A DNA stretch of 63,830 nucleotides, the filler included, from Welwitschia mirabilis (Eukaryota): assembly GCA_051453625.1 (NCBI GenBank). It is 8 parts of one record of this genome, joined end to end, with 100 filler letters (N's around TTAATTAATTAA, not from the genome) between each part and the next. Parts side by side here need not be neighbours in the genome. Positions count along the whole stretch, not along the records: positions 60,568 to 63,830 come from JBOZIK010000001.1; 7 more parts are not named here. One strand, given 5' to 3'. Within the stretch, counting starts at the first letter, position 1. Each line of letters begins with the position of its first letter. The notes beneath the pieces were generated by a model. The model was given only the letters and a program-made list of their open reading frames with translations, searched no databases and was not told the origin of the DNA. Made by a program: the position numbers and the translations under genes. Of this stretch, positions 61,727-63,830 are shown piece after piece.

Positions 61727-63830
61727 CATAAATTCATAGCATAATATTTTAGCACCATTGCAAGGAAAGGCTGCAAGGAGTTACAGAATTATTACTAACT
61801 AGATAAGTACCTCAATTTTTTTGTTCAGGTTATTTATTTGAATTAGTGTTGTATTTTTAACATAGTCTAGAATAGGTTTATTTCAGTAAAATTTATCTTT
61901 CTTAGTTTTTAAGAACCCTGTTGTTCTCTTTATCACCCCAACAACATTAGACATGACAACTCTATAAGTTTAAATTTAATTTCTGCTTTTACAATTTTTC
62001 TTCTATTCTTATTTTAATAATAAAGTTACTATTGTCTTCTCTTCATCTTCATGGAAGACTAGATGATAGTCTCGTTTTTTTGCTTTTGTTAATTTTTTAA
62101 GTTTTAATTTTTTGTTAGTATGGTCATCATCCTCTTTGTTCTCTCTATAACATACTAGAAAAAAATTTAATTATTTATATTTTGTAGGTTTTTTTAGAGT
62201 TTAGTTTTTGGGGTGATTGTCATCCCTCCTATTCTTCTAGGTGGATGATGGATTATTATTTTGATTTTTTTTTTTTTGTCTAACCATGTAGGAACATAAT
62301 AAATTCTAGTAGTAAGATGAAATACTAGAAGGAGCAGAACTTGATTGATGATAATATTAGAGAAGGACAATCTAACTTTAAGAAAAATCCAGGTATGCGT
62401 ATCCTAGGTATGCAATTTTTAAGAATTAAAGACGAAGAATTTTTGTATTTTTATTATTTAGAATCATTTTTTTCTTTCTCTCTATTATATTAGTTTTTTT
62501 TATGAAACTTAAAATAAATAGCCATTACATATCTTTTGAGTGTTAAGGATCAACAATTTTAATAAAATGATGAAACATGAAAGAGGAAAAAATCTTGATC
62601 TTTATTATTTACTTCTTTTCATTACTGTCTTGAAATAAAATTCTTAATAAAAGGAGAAGAAACATGAAATGGTTTGAGAATAATAGTAAGAAAATCCTTT
62701 GAAAGATCTTTATCAAAATAAGAAACGACATAAGACACTCTAAGGTTTATAATGAACAAACACTGTAATAGGTTTTTGCAAGAGAGGGAATAACATAAAA
62801 TGCTATTGAAAGTAGGAATTTGGCCCCTTCGCATTTTTAACCTTCTTATTCTTTTCCCTCTTCTCTTCAAATCTTATATAGAAATGACAATAAAGATTCT
62901 CCACATTTTAGGAATTTCACCTCATTTAGACAAACTTCTTATAAAAATTTTCATCAATTTCAACCATCCCCCATGCATCACTATGAAGTCAAACCATCTT
63001 TTATGAACTACTATGAGGGAGAAAAGGATCCTATGTAAGAAATGATTGACATAATAAATTAATAGCCAAGAACACCCTAATGAACAATAAGAAAAGACCA
63101 ATCAAAACCTAGAACATTTAGTGGAAATCTTGTAATAGATAATATTAGAAATTTAAGAATCTTTTATAACACAACATCCTCAAACTTATTCTACTTCATC
63201 CTACCTTAAGGAAAATGAGGAGAAATTAGAAACAAATGATAATGATTCTTGATTTCAAATAAAAAAAGAAATTTTAGGTTAAATTTCAACATCCTACTCA
63301 CTAGGAGATGAGAATAAAGGAGATAATAATAACTCAATCCAATCTTTCCACAGTTAGGAAGAAAATGACCTTTTATTAGAAGATAATATTGAGCTATTAT
63401 ATTATTTCCTTACTATTTATTTACTACTAGATACTTAGCATGAAGGATCCATTCATGAAAAATCTGAAACTTTTTCAATCGATAATGACAATGATGCTCT
63501 TATTTCTTTTGATAATCTTTTCAATAAATCCAATAACCTAGAGAATGAAAGAAATATTGCCACAAGAGAAGGAAGATTTAATCACCAAAAATGATATGGA
63601 AAGTGAAGAAATAATCCAACTAACTAATGATCAAAAAAGTAGTGAAGAAACTGATCACAATGAAGGACCCATAGAAATTCATTCAAATTTTATGTAGGAT
63701 AGACTTGTTCTTTCTACCCATACTTCTGCATCATTTCCACATATGCATTCATGTACAACTTTAAATCACATTTTTCCTTTCACTTCTACTTTCATTTTTA
63801 CATTACCTTATGATCTTAATTATGATAACC
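61727..63830 (+). mobile_element. Third copy of the non-autonomous derivative: last 20 bp of LTR, PBS and 5' internal region
   Basis: CATAAATTCATAGCATAATA followed by PBS TAGCACCATTGCAAGGAA (61750-61767). Colinear with 40928-42880 (e.g. CCTACCTTAAGGAAAATGA and GAAGGACCCATAGA.ATTCATTCAAA). Confidence 0.85.

Noticed and set aside
1..63830. Prokaryotic-style system (CRISPR, defence island, retron, operon)
   Set aside because: There are no intact ORFs, repeat-spacer arrays or operon structure. The only RT is a decayed LTR-retrotransposon RT.

Overview
This is AT-rich, gap-ridden eukaryotic DNA, almost certainly plant heterochromatin from a draft assembly. It is made nearly entirely of old, nested LTR-retrotransposon remnants. 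The dominant family is a Ty3/gypsy non-chromovirus, Athila-like element: LTRs of about 1.1-1.4 kb (TGTTGCG...ACAACA, often decayed to TATT...), a tRNA-Asp PBS, gag-PR-RT-RH-INT without a chromodomain, and a long 3' region carrying an extra 'env-like' ORF. More than ten broken pieces occur on both strands. Interleaved with them are Sirevirus-like (Ty1/copia) LTR and multi-PPT fragments, and three copies of a non-autonomous Athila derivative that lacks the gag core, pol and the extra ORF. Two LTRs have both a PPT upstream and a PBS downstream, implying tandem elements that share an LTR. The one non-LTR stretch (about 46.5-52 kb) holds a hAT-type MITE candidate and a pseudogenised, apparently intronless monodehydroascorbate reductase (MDAR6-like) fragment in a possibly LINE-like context. 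I found no intact host gene, RNA gene or CRISPR array. Seven 100-bp N44-TTAATTAATTAA-N44 linkers are assembly joins, so continuity across them is not established. I see no convincing novel enzymatic or defence system. The best leads are the shared-LTR tandems, the non-autonomous family, an atypical Athila RT, a conserved non-coding island and the MDAR retro-fragment. All calls come from reading the sequence by eye; no database searches were run.
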